Below are positions 45,409 to 55,469 of a stretch of DNA of 64,000 nucleotides, piece after piece (position 1 is the first letter of the stretch; every line of letters starts with the position of its first letter). Both the position numbers and the translations under genes were made by a program. The notes below the pieces were generated by a model. That model was not told the origin of the DNA. It worked only from the letters and a program-made list of their open reading frames with translations, and made no database searches. Source of the DNA: Bacteroidales bacterium. GTDB taxonomy: Bacteria > Bacteroidota > Bacteroidia > Bacteroidales > FEN-979. The DNA lies in contig JANXZO010000027.1 of the NCBI GenBank assembly GCA_025355465.1, positions 3,787 to 67,786 of the forward strand. Direction: 5' to 3'.

Positions 45409-47135
45409 TGAAACGACTCCTTCTACTTGCTTTTCTTGGCCTGCTTTACAGCCCGGTTTCCTTTGGGCAGACTTCCCGGGATGTCCAATCCGTACTCGAT
45501 TCTGTTTTTGCAGACAGGGGAGAGGTGTATTTTCAATTTAACATCAGCGATTCCCGGCAAATCCAATCACTTACCCGGCTCATTTCCATCGACAATGTTC
45601 GCGGTGATATTGTTCATGCCTATGCGAGTAAGAAGGAGTTTGAAAAATTTCTGACGTTTGGATATCCCTATAAGCTGCTCCCGGCTCCCGGAACGCTCAT
45701 TCCTGAGGCGGAACTGAAACCTGACTCTGCCTTCACACGCAATCCTCAAACAATCTGGAATTTCTATCCGACATACCAGCAATATCTCGACTACATGACA
45801 GGCTTTGCCGCAACATACCCTGCAATATGCAAACTCGACACCGTCGGCACCTCCATTCAGGGCAGATTGATCCTTGCCCTGAAGATCAGCGATAATGTGA
45901 ACCAAAAAGAACCTGAACCACAGTTTTTATACACTTCATCCATCCATGGAGATGAAACCACCGGTTACGTCCTGATGCTTCACCTGATAGAATACCTTTT
46001 AACCGGCTATGGTACCGATCCACGAATAACTGCCATGGTCGACAACACCGAGATTTACATCAACCCGCTTGCCAATCCCGACGGAACATACCATGGCGGT
46101 AACAATTCCGTGTATGGGGCAGTTCGCTACAATGCAAACAACATTGACCTTAATCGCAACTTCCCGGATCCAAAAGTAGGCGATCACCCCGATGGTAATC
46201 CATGGCAGAAAGAGACGATCGCATGGATGGCTTTCGCAGACAGCAACCATTTTTCAATGTCAATGAATTTTCACGGTGGCGCTGAAGTCTTCAACTATCC
46301 GTGGGACACGTGGGCCAAACTTACCGCTGATGATGCATGGTGGCGGTTTGTTGCCAGAGAATATGCGGATACCGTTCACAGCTATTCACCTTCAAATTAC
46401 CTTAGGGATCTCGACAACGGCATTACCAACGGTTATGCATGGTATGAAGTCAATGGCGGACGACAGGATTATATGAATTACTGGCATTATTGCAGAGAAG
46501 CCACACTCGAGATTTCGAACATAAAACTACTTCCGACATCCCAACTTCTAAATCACTGGAATTATAATTACCGCTCCTTTTTGAACTATATTGACCAGGT
46601 ACAATATGGTTTCAGCGGGATAGTTACCGACACAGTTACCGGGCAACCGGTTGCTGCAAAGGTTTACGTCTTCGGACATGATTTTGACAACTCCCAGGTT
46701 TATTCTTCGCTTCCAAGCGGATTTTATACCAGAGCTATTGAAGAGGGTAACTATACAATCGGTTTTTCTGCTCCGGGTTACTATTCCAAAAGCGTGAAGA
46801 ACATTGATGTCGCGAAATGGACCACCACTACCGTCAATGTGCAGCTGAGACCGCTCACTTTCGGCACCAGCGAGGTTATCGTAAACACCGCCACGATATA
46901 CCCAAATCCTTGCCAGGGAAAATTCATGGTTGTTCTGCCCGATAACTTTTCCGGCCCGGTAAAAATCAGCCTTATCAATGGTCAGGGAATCGGAGTTTAT
47001 CAGGGCAGTGGCAGTTCATTACATGGAAAATTAGCAGAGCCAATAGAACCAGCAGGACTGGCGCCTGGAATCTTCCTGGTAAAAATTACAACCGGGGAAA
47101 ATGTTTATACCGGAAAACTGATCAACCAACCCTGA
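45408..47135 (+). CDS. M14-family zinc carboxypeptidase with T9SS C-terminal sorting domain
   Basis: Signal peptide, zinc motif SIHGDETTG, and the HGG segment. The C-terminal region IYPNPCQGKFMVVL...GIFLVKITTGENVYTGKLINQP is CTD-like. The start overlaps the dapA stop (TAATG). Confidence 0.85.
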   Translation: MKRLLLLAFLGLLYSPVSFGQTSRDVQSVLDSVFADRGEVYFQFNISDSRQIQSLTRLISIDNVRGDIVHAYASKKEFEKFLTFGYPYKLLPAPGTLIPEAELKPDSAFTRNPQTIWNFYPTYQQYLDYMTGFAATYPAICKLDTVGTSIQGRLILALKISDNVNQKEPEPQFLYTSSIHGDETTGYVLMLHLIEYLLTGYGTDPRITAMVDNTEIYINPLANPDGTYHGGNNSVYGAVRYNANNIDLNRNFPDPKVGDHPDGNPWQKETIAWMAFADSNHFSMSMNFHGGAEVFNYPWDTWAKLTADDAWWRFVAREYADTVHSYSPSNYLRDLDNGITNGYAWYEVNGGRQDYMNYWHYCREATLEISNIKLLPTSQLLNHWNYNYRSFLNYIDQVQYGFSGIVTDTVTGQPVAAKVYVFGHDFDNSQVYSSLPSGFYTRAIEEGNYTIGFSAPGYYSKSVKNIDVAKWTTTTVNVQLRPLTFGTSEVIVNTATIYPNPCQGKFMVVLPDNFSGPVKISLINGQGIGVYQGSGSSLHGKLAEPIEPAGLAPGIFLVKITTGENVYTGKLINQP

Positions 47136-48057
47136 TCCCAAATCCCAGAATAATCCGAAACAGGATCGCAAAGATCAACGTCGCAAAAGCGAGGTAAACA
47201 TGGAAGCTTATTTTTCGCGGTTCATCGTCAAAATATAGGTCCCCAATGGCGAAACTCCGCATGGTCACCGGTATCAGAAAAAGGATCATACAACCATTAA
47301 GGGCAATATCAAATGGATTGATTTCCGGTAGTTTAAACAGGAATATTAAGATATTTCCAACAAAGAACGGAACCAGAAACTGATTCCAGATTAACCGGAA
47401 ACGGTTACTCCCGTCGAGGTCGTTGAAATAAATATTGGCAGAATACAATACTTGCCTGGTGAGTAGGAGTCCGATGGTGAACATGGCCACAAAGGCAAAA
47501 ATCGTGATGATCAGTTTCCCCGTATCCATGATGAACATATAAAGGATTACATAGCCCAATCCCTGCGACATAATGGCGCCTACCAGGAGTTCTCCGAAAA
47601 ACCGTGTCAGGCAGTGCAGCAGCATCCAAAGCAGGAGCAGTCTCATGATTCCGGTTTCCATCTCAACTTTCACATATAGAATTAAAAGTGTGATAGAAAG
47701 TACCAGTGCGAGCAGTGGACCGGTGCTGAAAACCGTAGTTACTGCATCGCTCGTCCAATCATTGCCCCTGATCAGGTAATCAACACTATAATAATGTACC
47801 ATTACAGGGATGTCGAATGCGTTGGCAGAGATTGCGGTGGTGAAAAGATTCAGAAGATAAACCACAAGGTATCCAAGCAGAAAAAGGACAAGTGAATTGA
47901 TCGAGATGATCCTGAAAGTGCCTTTTGGATATTGAACCAGCCCGTTTACTTTGCTCGTTTGAACAGAATAAAGCGAACCTCTCCTGGCAAGAAATCTGAT
48001 CTTCCGGTAAATACTGTAAAATCGGCCTCTGTCTGAAAGGTTCCTTCCTGGTTCCAT
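47122..48057 (-). CDS. Polytopic membrane protein, function unknown
   Basis: 311 aa with about 7 hydrophobic segments. It starts 2 nt after the stop of the upstream alpha-oxoamine synthase gene. Confidence 0.6.
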   Translation of the reverse strand: MEPGRNLSDRGRFYSIYRKIRFLARRGSLYSVQTSKVNGLVQYPKGTFRIISINSLVLFLLGYLVVYLLNLFTTAISANAFDIPVMVHYYSVDYLIRGNDWTSDAVTTVFSTGPLLALVLSITLLILYVKVEMETGIMRLLLLWMLLHCLTRFFGELLVGAIMSQGLGYVILYMFIMDTGKLIITIFAFVAMFTIGLLLTRQVLYSANIYFNDLDGSNRFRLIWNQFLVPFFVGNILIFLFKLPEINPFDIALNGCMILFLIPVTMRSFAIGDLYFDDEPRKISFHVYLAFATLIFAILFRIILGFGIRVG

Positions 48058-48059
48058 TG

Positions 48060-49316
48060 TTAAAATTTGTCAGCCATGGCACCGGGAATGCCGCCAGTTG
48101 AGTATTTTCCTTCACCAAGCTTTATTTTGACTTCGGTAAAGGCCTGAATCGTTTCAGCCACATCTTCCAGCGTATGCGCTGCTGTGGGAATCAGACGGAG
48201 CATAATAACGCCCTTGGGAACTACCGGGTAGATAACCATCGAACAGAAGATTCCATAATTCTCCCTGAGGTCGGCAATGATCTGTGTTGCCTCGCCGGGT
48301 CCGCCATTAAGAAAAACAGGTGTTACCGGTGATTGAGTGTTTCCGATGTTGAACCCTTTCTCGCGAAGTCCCTTTTGCAGTGCATTTACAATGGTCCATA
48401 ATTTTTCACGGAGCTCCGGATGGGTCCGGATCAGTTCAAGCCTTTTCAGGGAACCAACAACCATGGGCATTGGGAGTGATTTAGCGAAGATCTGTGAACG
48501 CATATTAAATGTCAGCGCCTTAATAATAGGTTTCTCGCTAGCCACAAAAGCTCCGATGCCTGCCATTGATTTTGCGAAAGTGCCAAAGTACACGTCAACC
48601 TCGTCCATTACTCCCTGCTCTTCACTGGTGCCGGCCCCGGTCTTTCCCATGGTTCCAAACCCATGGGCATCATCAACCAGTAACCGGAAACCGTACTTTT
48701 CTTTAAGCTGGAGCATCTCTTTCAGGTTACCCAGGTCGCCGGGCATTCCGAATACACCTTCTGTGATAACAAGGATGCCGCCACCCGAAAGGTCAGCTGC
48801 CTTACGGGCATGTTTCAGCTGTGCCTCAAAACGCTCCATGTTATTGTGCGAGTAAACAAACCGTTTTCCAATGTGAAGGCGCAGTCCGTCAAGTATACAG
48901 GCGTGCGACTCTGAGTCATAAACAACCACATCGTGTCTGTCCAATAACGAATCAATGATGGAAACCATTCCCATGTAACCATAATTGAGGAGGTAGGCAG
49001 ACTCTTTGTGTTCGAATGCTGCGAGTTCCCGCTCAAGCTGAAGGTGCGCATCCGTCTGGCCCGACATCATGCGTGCACCCATCGGGTAGGCAAGCCCGTA
49101 TTTTTCAGAAGCCTCTGTATCTGCTTTTCTCACTTCTGGATGGTTTGCCAGCCCGAGGTAGTTGTTCAGACTCCAGACAAGTACAGGTTTACCCCTGAAA
49201 TACATGCGGTTGGAAATGTCTCCCTCAAGTTTGGGAAAATAAAAATAACCATACCCTAGATCTGCAAACTGACCCAAGGGTCCCATATTACTGACAACTT
49301 TTTCAAAAATATCCAC
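48060..49316 (-). CDS. Alpha-oxoamine synthase family PLP enzyme (Kbl/BioF/serine-palmitoyltransferase-like)
   Basis: NNYLGLANHP, DDAHGFG and the PLP-lysine region GTFAKSMAG. Length is 418 aa. Confidence 0.8.
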   Translation of the reverse strand: MDIFEKVVSNMGPLGQFADLGYGYFYFPKLEGDISNRMYFRGKPVLVWSLNNYLGLANHPEVRKADTEASEKYGLAYPMGARMMSGQTDAHLQLERELAAFEHKESAYLLNYGYMGMVSIIDSLLDRHDVVVYDSESHACILDGLRLHIGKRFVYSHNNMERFEAQLKHARKAADLSGGGILVITEGVFGMPGDLGNLKEMLQLKEKYGFRLLVDDAHGFGTMGKTGAGTSEEQGVMDEVDVYFGTFAKSMAGIGAFVASEKPIIKALTFNMRSQIFAKSLPMPMVVGSLKRLELIRTHPELREKLWTIVNALQKGLREKGFNIGNTQSPVTPVFLNGGPGEATQIIADLRENYGIFCSMVIYPVVPKGVIMLRLIPTAAHTLEDVAETIQAFTEVKIKLGEGKYSTGGIPGAMADKF

Positions 49317-49364
49317 GATGTATTGTTTTAAGTTTACCGGTGTAAATAATTAGCTTTGAGCCTG

Positions 49365-49372
49365 CAAAAATA
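49365..49372 (-). promoter_or_regulatory. -7 box TATTTTTG for the alpha-oxoamine synthase gene
   Basis: The plus-strand sequence caaaaata is the reverse complement of TATTTTTG. It lies 48 nt upstream of ATG 49316. Confidence 0.4.
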
Positions 49373-49502
49373 TCAAAAAATACGGCTGATTCCCCCTTTG
49401 TGCCCAATACTTTTTTTATCTGACCAGCGTTTTAATTAGGGTTCAGCAAATGGACCATTCCCACTGGATTCAAATAAATTGGTGTATTTCCTCAATATTA
49501 TG

Positions 49503-49510
49503 TACTTTTG
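49503..49510 (+). promoter_or_regulatory. -7 box TACTTTTG placed 4 nt before ATG 49515 (leaderless-type)
   Basis: The sequence reads TACTTTTGcaaaATGAAA, nearly identical to the 32334 site. Confidence 0.5.
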
Positions 49511-49514
49511 CAAA

Positions 49515-50375
49515 ATGAAAAATAGGGTCATTTTCCTAATTACTGCCAGTCTGCTATTGTCATTATTCTCATGTAAGTTTTCCAGGCTTGTTAAAAGTGG
49601 TTCCGTTGATGAAAAATATGAGGCTGCCATCAAACTATACAACGAAAAGGATTATTCGCGGGCTCTTCAGCTTTTTGACCAGCTTATCGGTGCAATGCGA
49701 GCCACCGATAAATCGGAGAGAATCTATTATTTTTATGCCTATTGCTACTTTAACCAGCGTGATTATACCCTTGCTTCCTATTACTTTAAAAGATATACTA
49801 CAAATTTCCCGAATACCCAGTACACAGAGGAGTGCCTGTTTATGAGCGCTTACTGCAATTTCCTGAATTCACCTGAATACAGTCTTGATCAGACAGTTAC
49901 CTATGATGCATTGAAGGAGTTGCAGCTCTTTACCAATATGTACCCAACCAGTAAACGGGTTTCCGAATGCAATGACCTGATTGACAAGCTCCGGGAAAAG
50001 CTTGAAATGAAGGACTATAAAGTTGCCAAATTGTATTACCGGATGGATGATTATGCTGCTGCTGTTAAATCGCTCTCCAACATTCTCAAGGAATTTCCAG
50101 ATACAAAACACAAAGAGGAGATCATGTTCCTGGTATTTAAATCATATCATAAATTTGCCAAAGAGAGTGTAGAAGAAAAGAAACGCGACAGGCATACCAA
50201 GGCCATTATAGCCTACAATGAATTCGTTACGCAATATCCGGAAAGTACCTTTCTATCGGAGGCTAAAGATTTAAAAGCCAAAACACAAAGAGAGCTGGAT
50301 GCGATGTACACCAAAGACGAAAAGAAGATCAACATAGAGTCAGAGAAAAATCAGTTATTCAAACCAATAAAATAG
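49515..50375 (+). CDS. bamD: Outer membrane protein assembly factor BamD (TPR lipoprotein)
   Basis: Lipobox LLLSLFSC and TPR-like repeats (YEAAIKLYNEKDYSRALQLF...). The synteny with rpoZ and coaBC is typical of Bacteroidota. Start set to ATG 49515. Confidence 0.8.
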   Translation: MKNRVIFLITASLLLSLFSCKFSRLVKSGSVDEKYEAAIKLYNEKDYSRALQLFDQLIGAMRATDKSERIYYFYAYCYFNQRDYTLASYYFKRYTTNFPNTQYTEECLFMSAYCNFLNSPEYSLDQTVTYDALKELQLFTNMYPTSKRVSECNDLIDKLREKLEMKDYKVAKLYYRMDDYAAAVKSLSNILKEFPDTKHKEEIMFLVFKSYHKFAKESVEEKKRDRHTKAIIAYNEFVTQYPESTFLSEAKDLKAKTQRELDAMYTKDEKKINIESEKNQLFKPIK

Positions 50376-50377
50376 CG

Positions 50378-50713
50378 ATGGATTATAAGAAAGTTAAAAC
50401 AGATGTTTTTGCAGTAACCCGGAATATCGAGGATTTTACCACCGGTACCAAGAACGTTTATGAAACAGTGGCTGTATTGTCGAAAAGAGCGAATCAGATC
50501 GGTTTGGAGATTAAGGAGGAGTTGAATCAGAAAATCTCCGAGTTTGCAACCACAACAGATAACCTCGAAGAGGTTTTCGAAAATCGCGAGCAGATCGAAA
50601 TCGCCAAATATTACGAACATCTGCCAAAGCCAACGCTCATCTCCATTCATGAATACCTGAATGGAGAGGTTTATTTCCGTAATCCGCACAAAGAGAGTCC
50701 TGAAGATTTTTAA
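50378..50713 (+). CDS. rpoZ: DNA-directed RNA polymerase omega subunit (Bacteroidota long form)
   Basis: NVYETVAVLSKRANQI matches the omega core (N-Y-x-L-V-x-x-A-x-K-R-A-x-Q). Located between bamD and coaBC. Confidence 0.7.
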   Translation: MDYKKVKTDVFAVTRNIEDFTTGTKNVYETVAVLSKRANQIGLEIKEELNQKISEFATTTDNLEEVFENREQIEIAKYYEHLPKPTLISIHEYLNGEVYFRNPHKESPEDF

Positions 50714-50730
50714 TCCACATTTAAGACTTC

Positions 50731-51930
50731 ATGCTTAAAGGGAAAAAGATCGTTGTCGGAATAACAGGCAGTATTGCTGCTTACAAGATGCCTTTTCTTG
50801 TTCGTTTGCTCGTTAAGGAAGGCGCAGAAGTAAGGGTAATAATGACGCCTGCATCAACTGATTTCGTAACTCCCTTAACACTTGCAACACTTTCCCAAAA
50901 AGGGGTAATCATCGATCCGTTTAAAGCTGCCAGCTGGGAGTGGAGCAACCATGTTGAACTAGGGCAATGGGCGGATGTGATGATTTTTGCACCCGTTACT
51001 GCCAACTCGCTGGGGAAGATGGCTTGTGGAATTGCCGACAACTTTGTTATAACCGCCTACCTGTCTGCTAAATGTCCCGTTTTCATTGCACCCGCCATGG
51101 ACCTGGATATGTATAAGCATCCTTCCACACAAAAAAATATCAGCATTCTTTTGTCTTATGGCAACAGCATAATTGAGCCACAGACAGGAGAGTTGGCAAG
51201 CGGACTGTCCGGACCGGGCAGGATGGAGGAGCCTGAAAAGATTATCGCTTTACTTCATCAACATTTTGCCCAAAGCCAGGCATTGCACAAAAAAAAAGTC
51301 CTGATAACGGCGGGACCAACCTACGAAAAGATTGATCCGGTGAGATTTATCGGAAACTTTTCCTCAGGACAGATGGGTTTTTCACTGGCCAAGGAAGCTG
51401 CCAGACGGGGTGCTGAGGTAACACTGGTATCAGGTCCAACACATTTAGATATTTCCCACCCTGCAATTCACCGGATTGATGTGAGCACGGCAGATTCCAT
51501 GTACAAAGCCTGTTTAAGCGAGGCCGGGAAGGCCGACATAATTATTATGGCCGCAGCCGTGGCTGATTATACACCTCAGCAAGTCGCTACTGGAAAAATT
51601 AAAAAGAGCAGCTCGGCAATGCACCTGGATCTGGTTCCCACCAAAGATATTTTGAAAACGATGGGCCTGGCCAAAAAAGCAAATCAGATACTGGTCGGCT
51701 TTGCTCTTGAAACTTCCGATGCCATCGCAAATGCAACTAAAAAGCTCAAAGAGAAACACCTTGATTTTATCGTGGTGAATTCACTTGAGGATGCGGGGGC
51801 GGGTTTTGGTGGTGAAACCAATAAAGTGACTATTCTAAGTAAGGGAGGTGAAAAATACCTTGGCCAGCTGAAGGAGAAGGATGCGGTTGCTTCTGATATT
51901 CTGGACCTGATCACCCAAAGTAAACAGTAA
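50731..51930 (+). CDS. coaBC: Bifunctional phosphopantothenoylcysteine decarboxylase / phosphopantothenate-cysteine ligase
   Basis: Flavoprotein N-domain GITGSIAAYK and the PAMDLDM (PAMN-like) segment. The C-domain shows ITAGPTYEKIDPVRFIGNFSSGQMG. Confidence 0.93.
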   Translation: MLKGKKIVVGITGSIAAYKMPFLVRLLVKEGAEVRVIMTPASTDFVTPLTLATLSQKGVIIDPFKAASWEWSNHVELGQWADVMIFAPVTANSLGKMACGIADNFVITAYLSAKCPVFIAPAMDLDMYKHPSTQKNISILLSYGNSIIEPQTGELASGLSGPGRMEEPEKIIALLHQHFAQSQALHKKKVLITAGPTYEKIDPVRFIGNFSSGQMGFSLAKEAARRGAEVTLVSGPTHLDISHPAIHRIDVSTADSMYKACLSEAGKADIIIMAAAVADYTPQQVATGKIKKSSSAMHLDLVPTKDILKTMGLAKKANQILVGFALETSDAIANATKKLKEKHLDFIVVNSLEDAGAGFGGETNKVTILSKGGEKYLGQLKEKDAVASDILDLITQSKQ

Positions 51931-51949
51931 TGATTCATTCCTTGACCAC

Positions 51950-52855
51950 ATGAAAAGAGTTCTGATCGCTTTGTTTTTGTTCCTGACTTTATCCCGTGGT
52001 TTCTCACAGGAATTCGATTGCGTTGTCAGCGTTTCCGCACCACAGATTGAAGGGACCGACAAACGTGTATTCGAATCGCTGCAGAATGCGATGTATGAAT
52101 TTATGAATAACAGGAAATGGTCCAACTACAACTTCAAAGCAGAAGAGAAGATAGAATGCACCATGCTGCTTACGATCAACGATAGACTGAGTGGTGATGA
52201 GTTCCGGGGAAACCTGAATATTGTTTTGCGTCGGCCGGTTCTTAATACCGCATATAACTCCGTATTATTAAATTATGTTGATAAAGGTTTTCAGTTCAGA
52301 TATGTTGAATTTCAGCCGCTTGACTATTCTGATGGCACCTTTTCCTCCAACCTCACCTCGGTAATGGCCTATTACTCCTACATTTTCCTTGCTTTCTATT
52401 TTGATTCATTTTCACCGAGTGGTGGGGCTACCTATTTCGAGAAAGCCCAGGAAGTGGTTACAGCAGCCCAGAATGCTCCCGAACCTGGCTGGAAAGCTTT
52501 TGAAAATGAAAAGAATCGCTACTGGTTGGTGAATAATTATCAGAATCCTGCAAATGTCGGCTTACGGGAATTCGCCTACCGTTATCACCATCAGGGGCTG
52601 GACCAGATGTATGAGAAAGTTGACCAGGGCAGAGCCAGTATCACGGAAAGTCTGGGATACCTTCAGAAAGTTTACAATGCCAAGCCAGGACTATACGCGT
52701 TGCAACTCATTTACGACGCGAAACGCGATGAAATTGTAAATATATATTCCGACCAGCGGGTACCACCCATGGAGAAGACCACTGTTGTTAATATACTCAA
52801 GGATATCGATCCTGCCAACAGTTCGAAATACCAGGCAATTTTAGAGTCGAAATAA
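51950..52855 (+). CDS. DUF4835-like secreted protein (I recall this family being annotated as T9SS protein PorD; unverified)
   Basis: Signal peptide MKRVLIALFLFLTLSRGFSQ. 301 aa, in the conserved position between coaBC and recN. Confidence 0.55.
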   Translation: MKRVLIALFLFLTLSRGFSQEFDCVVSVSAPQIEGTDKRVFESLQNAMYEFMNNRKWSNYNFKAEEKIECTMLLTINDRLSGDEFRGNLNIVLRRPVLNTAYNSVLLNYVDKGFQFRYVEFQPLDYSDGTFSSNLTSVMAYYSYIFLAFYFDSFSPSGGATYFEKAQEVVTAAQNAPEPGWKAFENEKNRYWLVNNYQNPANVGLREFAYRYHHQGLDQMYEKVDQGRASITESLGYLQKVYNAKPGLYALQLIYDAKRDEIVNIYSDQRVPPMEKTTVVNILKDIDPANSSKYQAILESK

Positions 52856-52861
52856 ATAGCG

Positions 52862-54523
52862 ATGCTTTTTAAATTATCAATCGAAAACTATGCTCTGATT
52901 CAGGCATTGGAGATTGATTTTTCGGCTGGCTTCTCCGTAATAACAGGCGAAACCGGCGCCGGAAAGTCCATTCTGCTTGGCGCACTCTCGTTGATCCTTG
53001 GTCAACGTGCCGACAGCGGAGTTTTGCTTGATCCTTCGCGCAAATGCATCGTGGAGGGGGCGTTTCTTGTCGGAGGATACCACCTGGAAGCTTTTTTCGC
53101 CGATAATGAACTTGATTTCGACACAACCGTGATCCTTCGTCGTGAGATAAACCAGGGCGGTAAATCCAGGGCCTTCATCAACGATTCTCCCGTAAACCTT
53201 CCATTGCTTAAGGATCTTGGTGACAGGCTGGTAAATATTCATTCACAACACGCTATTATCACACTGAATGATGCCAATTTTCAATTGGCAGTCCTCGACA
53301 ACTATGCTGGTCTTGCCCTTCCGATGGCGAATTACAGATTGGGATTTAACCTTTTAAATTCAACACGGTTGCAGCTTTCTCAATTGAAGAAGCAAGCTGA
53401 ACGAGCCCAGGGCGATCGTGATTATTTCCTCTTTCTGCTTGATGAGCTAAATAAGGCAGCACTGAGGCCCGGTGAGCAGGAGGATGCTGAACTGCGGCTG
53501 TCGCTGTTGACCAATGCCGAAGTGATTAAAGCCGGTCTGCTGAGCGCAAGCCATGCCTTATCCGAAGGCGATGTTTCTGCTCTTAACCTCTTGTCTGGCG
53601 CAATTCACGACCTTGTCTCGGTCGTTAAATATAAGCCTGAATTTAATTCATTGATTGATAGGATTCAAAGTGATCTCATCGATATTAAAGATGTAGCTGG
53701 AGAAATTCATGTTGCAAGTGAAAATATCTATTTTGATGCAGCGGAAATAGCGAACCTTAGTCAGCGATTGGACCTGATAAACAGACTGCATAAAAAGCAT
53801 CAAACCGTTTCTCTTGATGAACTTCTCCAGGCGAAACAGAATATCGAAGGCAAACTTGTTGATTCTGACAACCTGGAAGAGAAAATATTGCTGACAGAAA
53901 GGGAGATATTAAAACTTGAAAGTGAGTTGTATACGCAGGCTGACAAGCTGTCAGCGGGAAGGAAAAAGGTTATTTCAAAGTTTCAGCATGAAATTACCCA
54001 GACACTTTCGAAACTCGGGATGTCAAAAGCCAGATTCAGTATTGAATGTAACCGGCAGGATTTACTGTCAAAAGATGGCGTTGATCGGGTAAGATTCCTT
54101 TTTAGTGCCAATCCGGGAGTTGAGATTAACGAAATTGCTAAAATTGCCTCCGGCGGGGAATTGTCGCGGTTAATGCTGAGTATCAAATCAATGATCAGTG
54201 AGAAAAACCTCCTTCCAACAATCATTTTCGACGAAATCGACAATGGAGTTTCTGGTGAGGTGGCTGGGAAAGTTGGCAATATCCTTAAAGGAATGGCTAA
54301 CAGGATGCAGGTGATCGTAATAACACATTTGCCCCAGATTGCAGCAAAAGGCAGCCAGCATTACCGGGTATTTAAAAGGGAGGATAAGGATGTTACAAGA
54401 ACATCCATTACAATGCTCAGTCATGCTGAACGGGTGGAGGAAATTGCAAAAATGCTCAGTGACGAAAATGTTTCAAATGCAGCATTACAAACAGCTAAAG
54501 AATTACTTGGTAATCAATTATAA
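52862..54523 (+). CDS. recN: DNA repair protein RecN
   Basis: Walker A GETGAGKS, a long coiled-coil middle region, the ASGGELSR signature and IFDEIDNGVSG Walker B. Confidence 0.93.
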   Translation: MLFKLSIENYALIQALEIDFSAGFSVITGETGAGKSILLGALSLILGQRADSGVLLDPSRKCIVEGAFLVGGYHLEAFFADNELDFDTTVILRREINQGGKSRAFINDSPVNLPLLKDLGDRLVNIHSQHAIITLNDANFQLAVLDNYAGLALPMANYRLGFNLLNSTRLQLSQLKKQAERAQGDRDYFLFLLDELNKAALRPGEQEDAELRLSLLTNAEVIKAGLLSASHALSEGDVSALNLLSGAIHDLVSVVKYKPEFNSLIDRIQSDLIDIKDVAGEIHVASENIYFDAAEIANLSQRLDLINRLHKKHQTVSLDELLQAKQNIEGKLVDSDNLEEKILLTEREILKLESELYTQADKLSAGRKKVISKFQHEITQTLSKLGMSKARFSIECNRQDLLSKDGVDRVRFLFSANPGVEINEIAKIASGGELSRLMLSIKSMISEKNLLPTIIFDEIDNGVSGEVAGKVGNILKGMANRMQVIVITHLPQIAAKGSQHYRVFKREDKDVTRTSITMLSHAERVEEIAKMLSDENVSNAALQTAKELLGNQL

Positions 54524-54556
54524 TTATCATTTAAAGTGTATATTTAATTAAACGAC

Positions 54557-55393
54557 ATGTCATATAATCTACTCAAAGGGAAAAAAGGAATCATTTTCGG
54601 AGCACTTGATGAAAAATCCATTGCCTGGAAAATTGCCGCAAGAGCCCATGAGGAAGGGGCTGTTTTTACCCTTTCCAACACCCCTGTGGCGTTGCGCTTC
54701 GGTGAAATCAACAAACTTGCCGAACAATGCAATGCCGAAATAATCCCGGCTGATGCCACCTCTGTCCATGATATTGAACATGTTTTTAATCGCTCTATGG
54801 AGATCATGGGGGGCAAGGTTGATTTTATCCTTCATTCTATCGGGATGTCGCTGAATGTCAGAAAGCACAGGGATTACGACGACCTGGATTATGATTTTTT
54901 TCAGAAAACGATCGATATCTCTGCACTCTCTTTTCACAAAATGCTGCAGGTCGCCAAAAAGCTCGATGCCATTAATGAGTGGGGGTCCGTACTTGCACTT
55001 TCATATATCGCTGCCCAGCGAACTCTTGTTGGCTACAACGACATGGCTGATGCCAAGGCACTACTTGAATCAATTGCACGGAGCTTTGGTTATATTTATG
55101 GCCGGGAAAAATTCATCAGGGTAAACACCATATCGCAGTCACCAACCCGAACCACAGCCGGCAGTGGGATCAAGGGAATTGACGGATTGCTGGATTTTAC
55201 TGAACGGATGGCACCACTTGGAAACGCCACGGCTGACGAATGTGCTGATTTTTCGATCGTGATGTTCTCAGATCTCAGTCGTAAAGTCACCATGCAGAAT
55301 ATTTACCACGACGGAGGCTTCTCAAGCATGGCCATGAGCCAGAAAGCAATGACCCAATATAATAAATGCCTCGACGAGGAGGAACCGGCCTAA
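54557..55393 (+). CDS. fabI: Enoyl-[ACP] reductase (NADH), FabI
   Basis: LKGKKGIIFGALDEKSIAW N-terminus. SDR-like, with Y-x6-K (YNDMADAK). Confidence 0.85.
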   Translation: MSYNLLKGKKGIIFGALDEKSIAWKIAARAHEEGAVFTLSNTPVALRFGEINKLAEQCNAEIIPADATSVHDIEHVFNRSMEIMGGKVDFILHSIGMSLNVRKHRDYDDLDYDFFQKTIDISALSFHKMLQVAKKLDAINEWGSVLALSYIAAQRTLVGYNDMADAKALLESIARSFGYIYGREKFIRVNTISQSPTRTTAGSGIKGIDGLLDFTERMAPLGNATADECADFSIVMFSDLSRKVTMQNIYHDGGFSSMAMSQKAMTQYNKCLDEEEPA

Positions 55394-55422
55394 TTTAGAA
55401 TCCCTCTTTTTTTATTTTATTT

Positions 55423-55430
55423 TATATTTG
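55423..55430 (+). promoter_or_regulatory. -7 box TATATTTG for the etf operon
   Basis: Matches TAnnTTTG, 39 nt upstream of ATG 55470. Confidence 0.45.
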
Positions 55431-55469
55431 CACGTTTTCAAAAGACTGATTATTTAACATTTTAAGATC

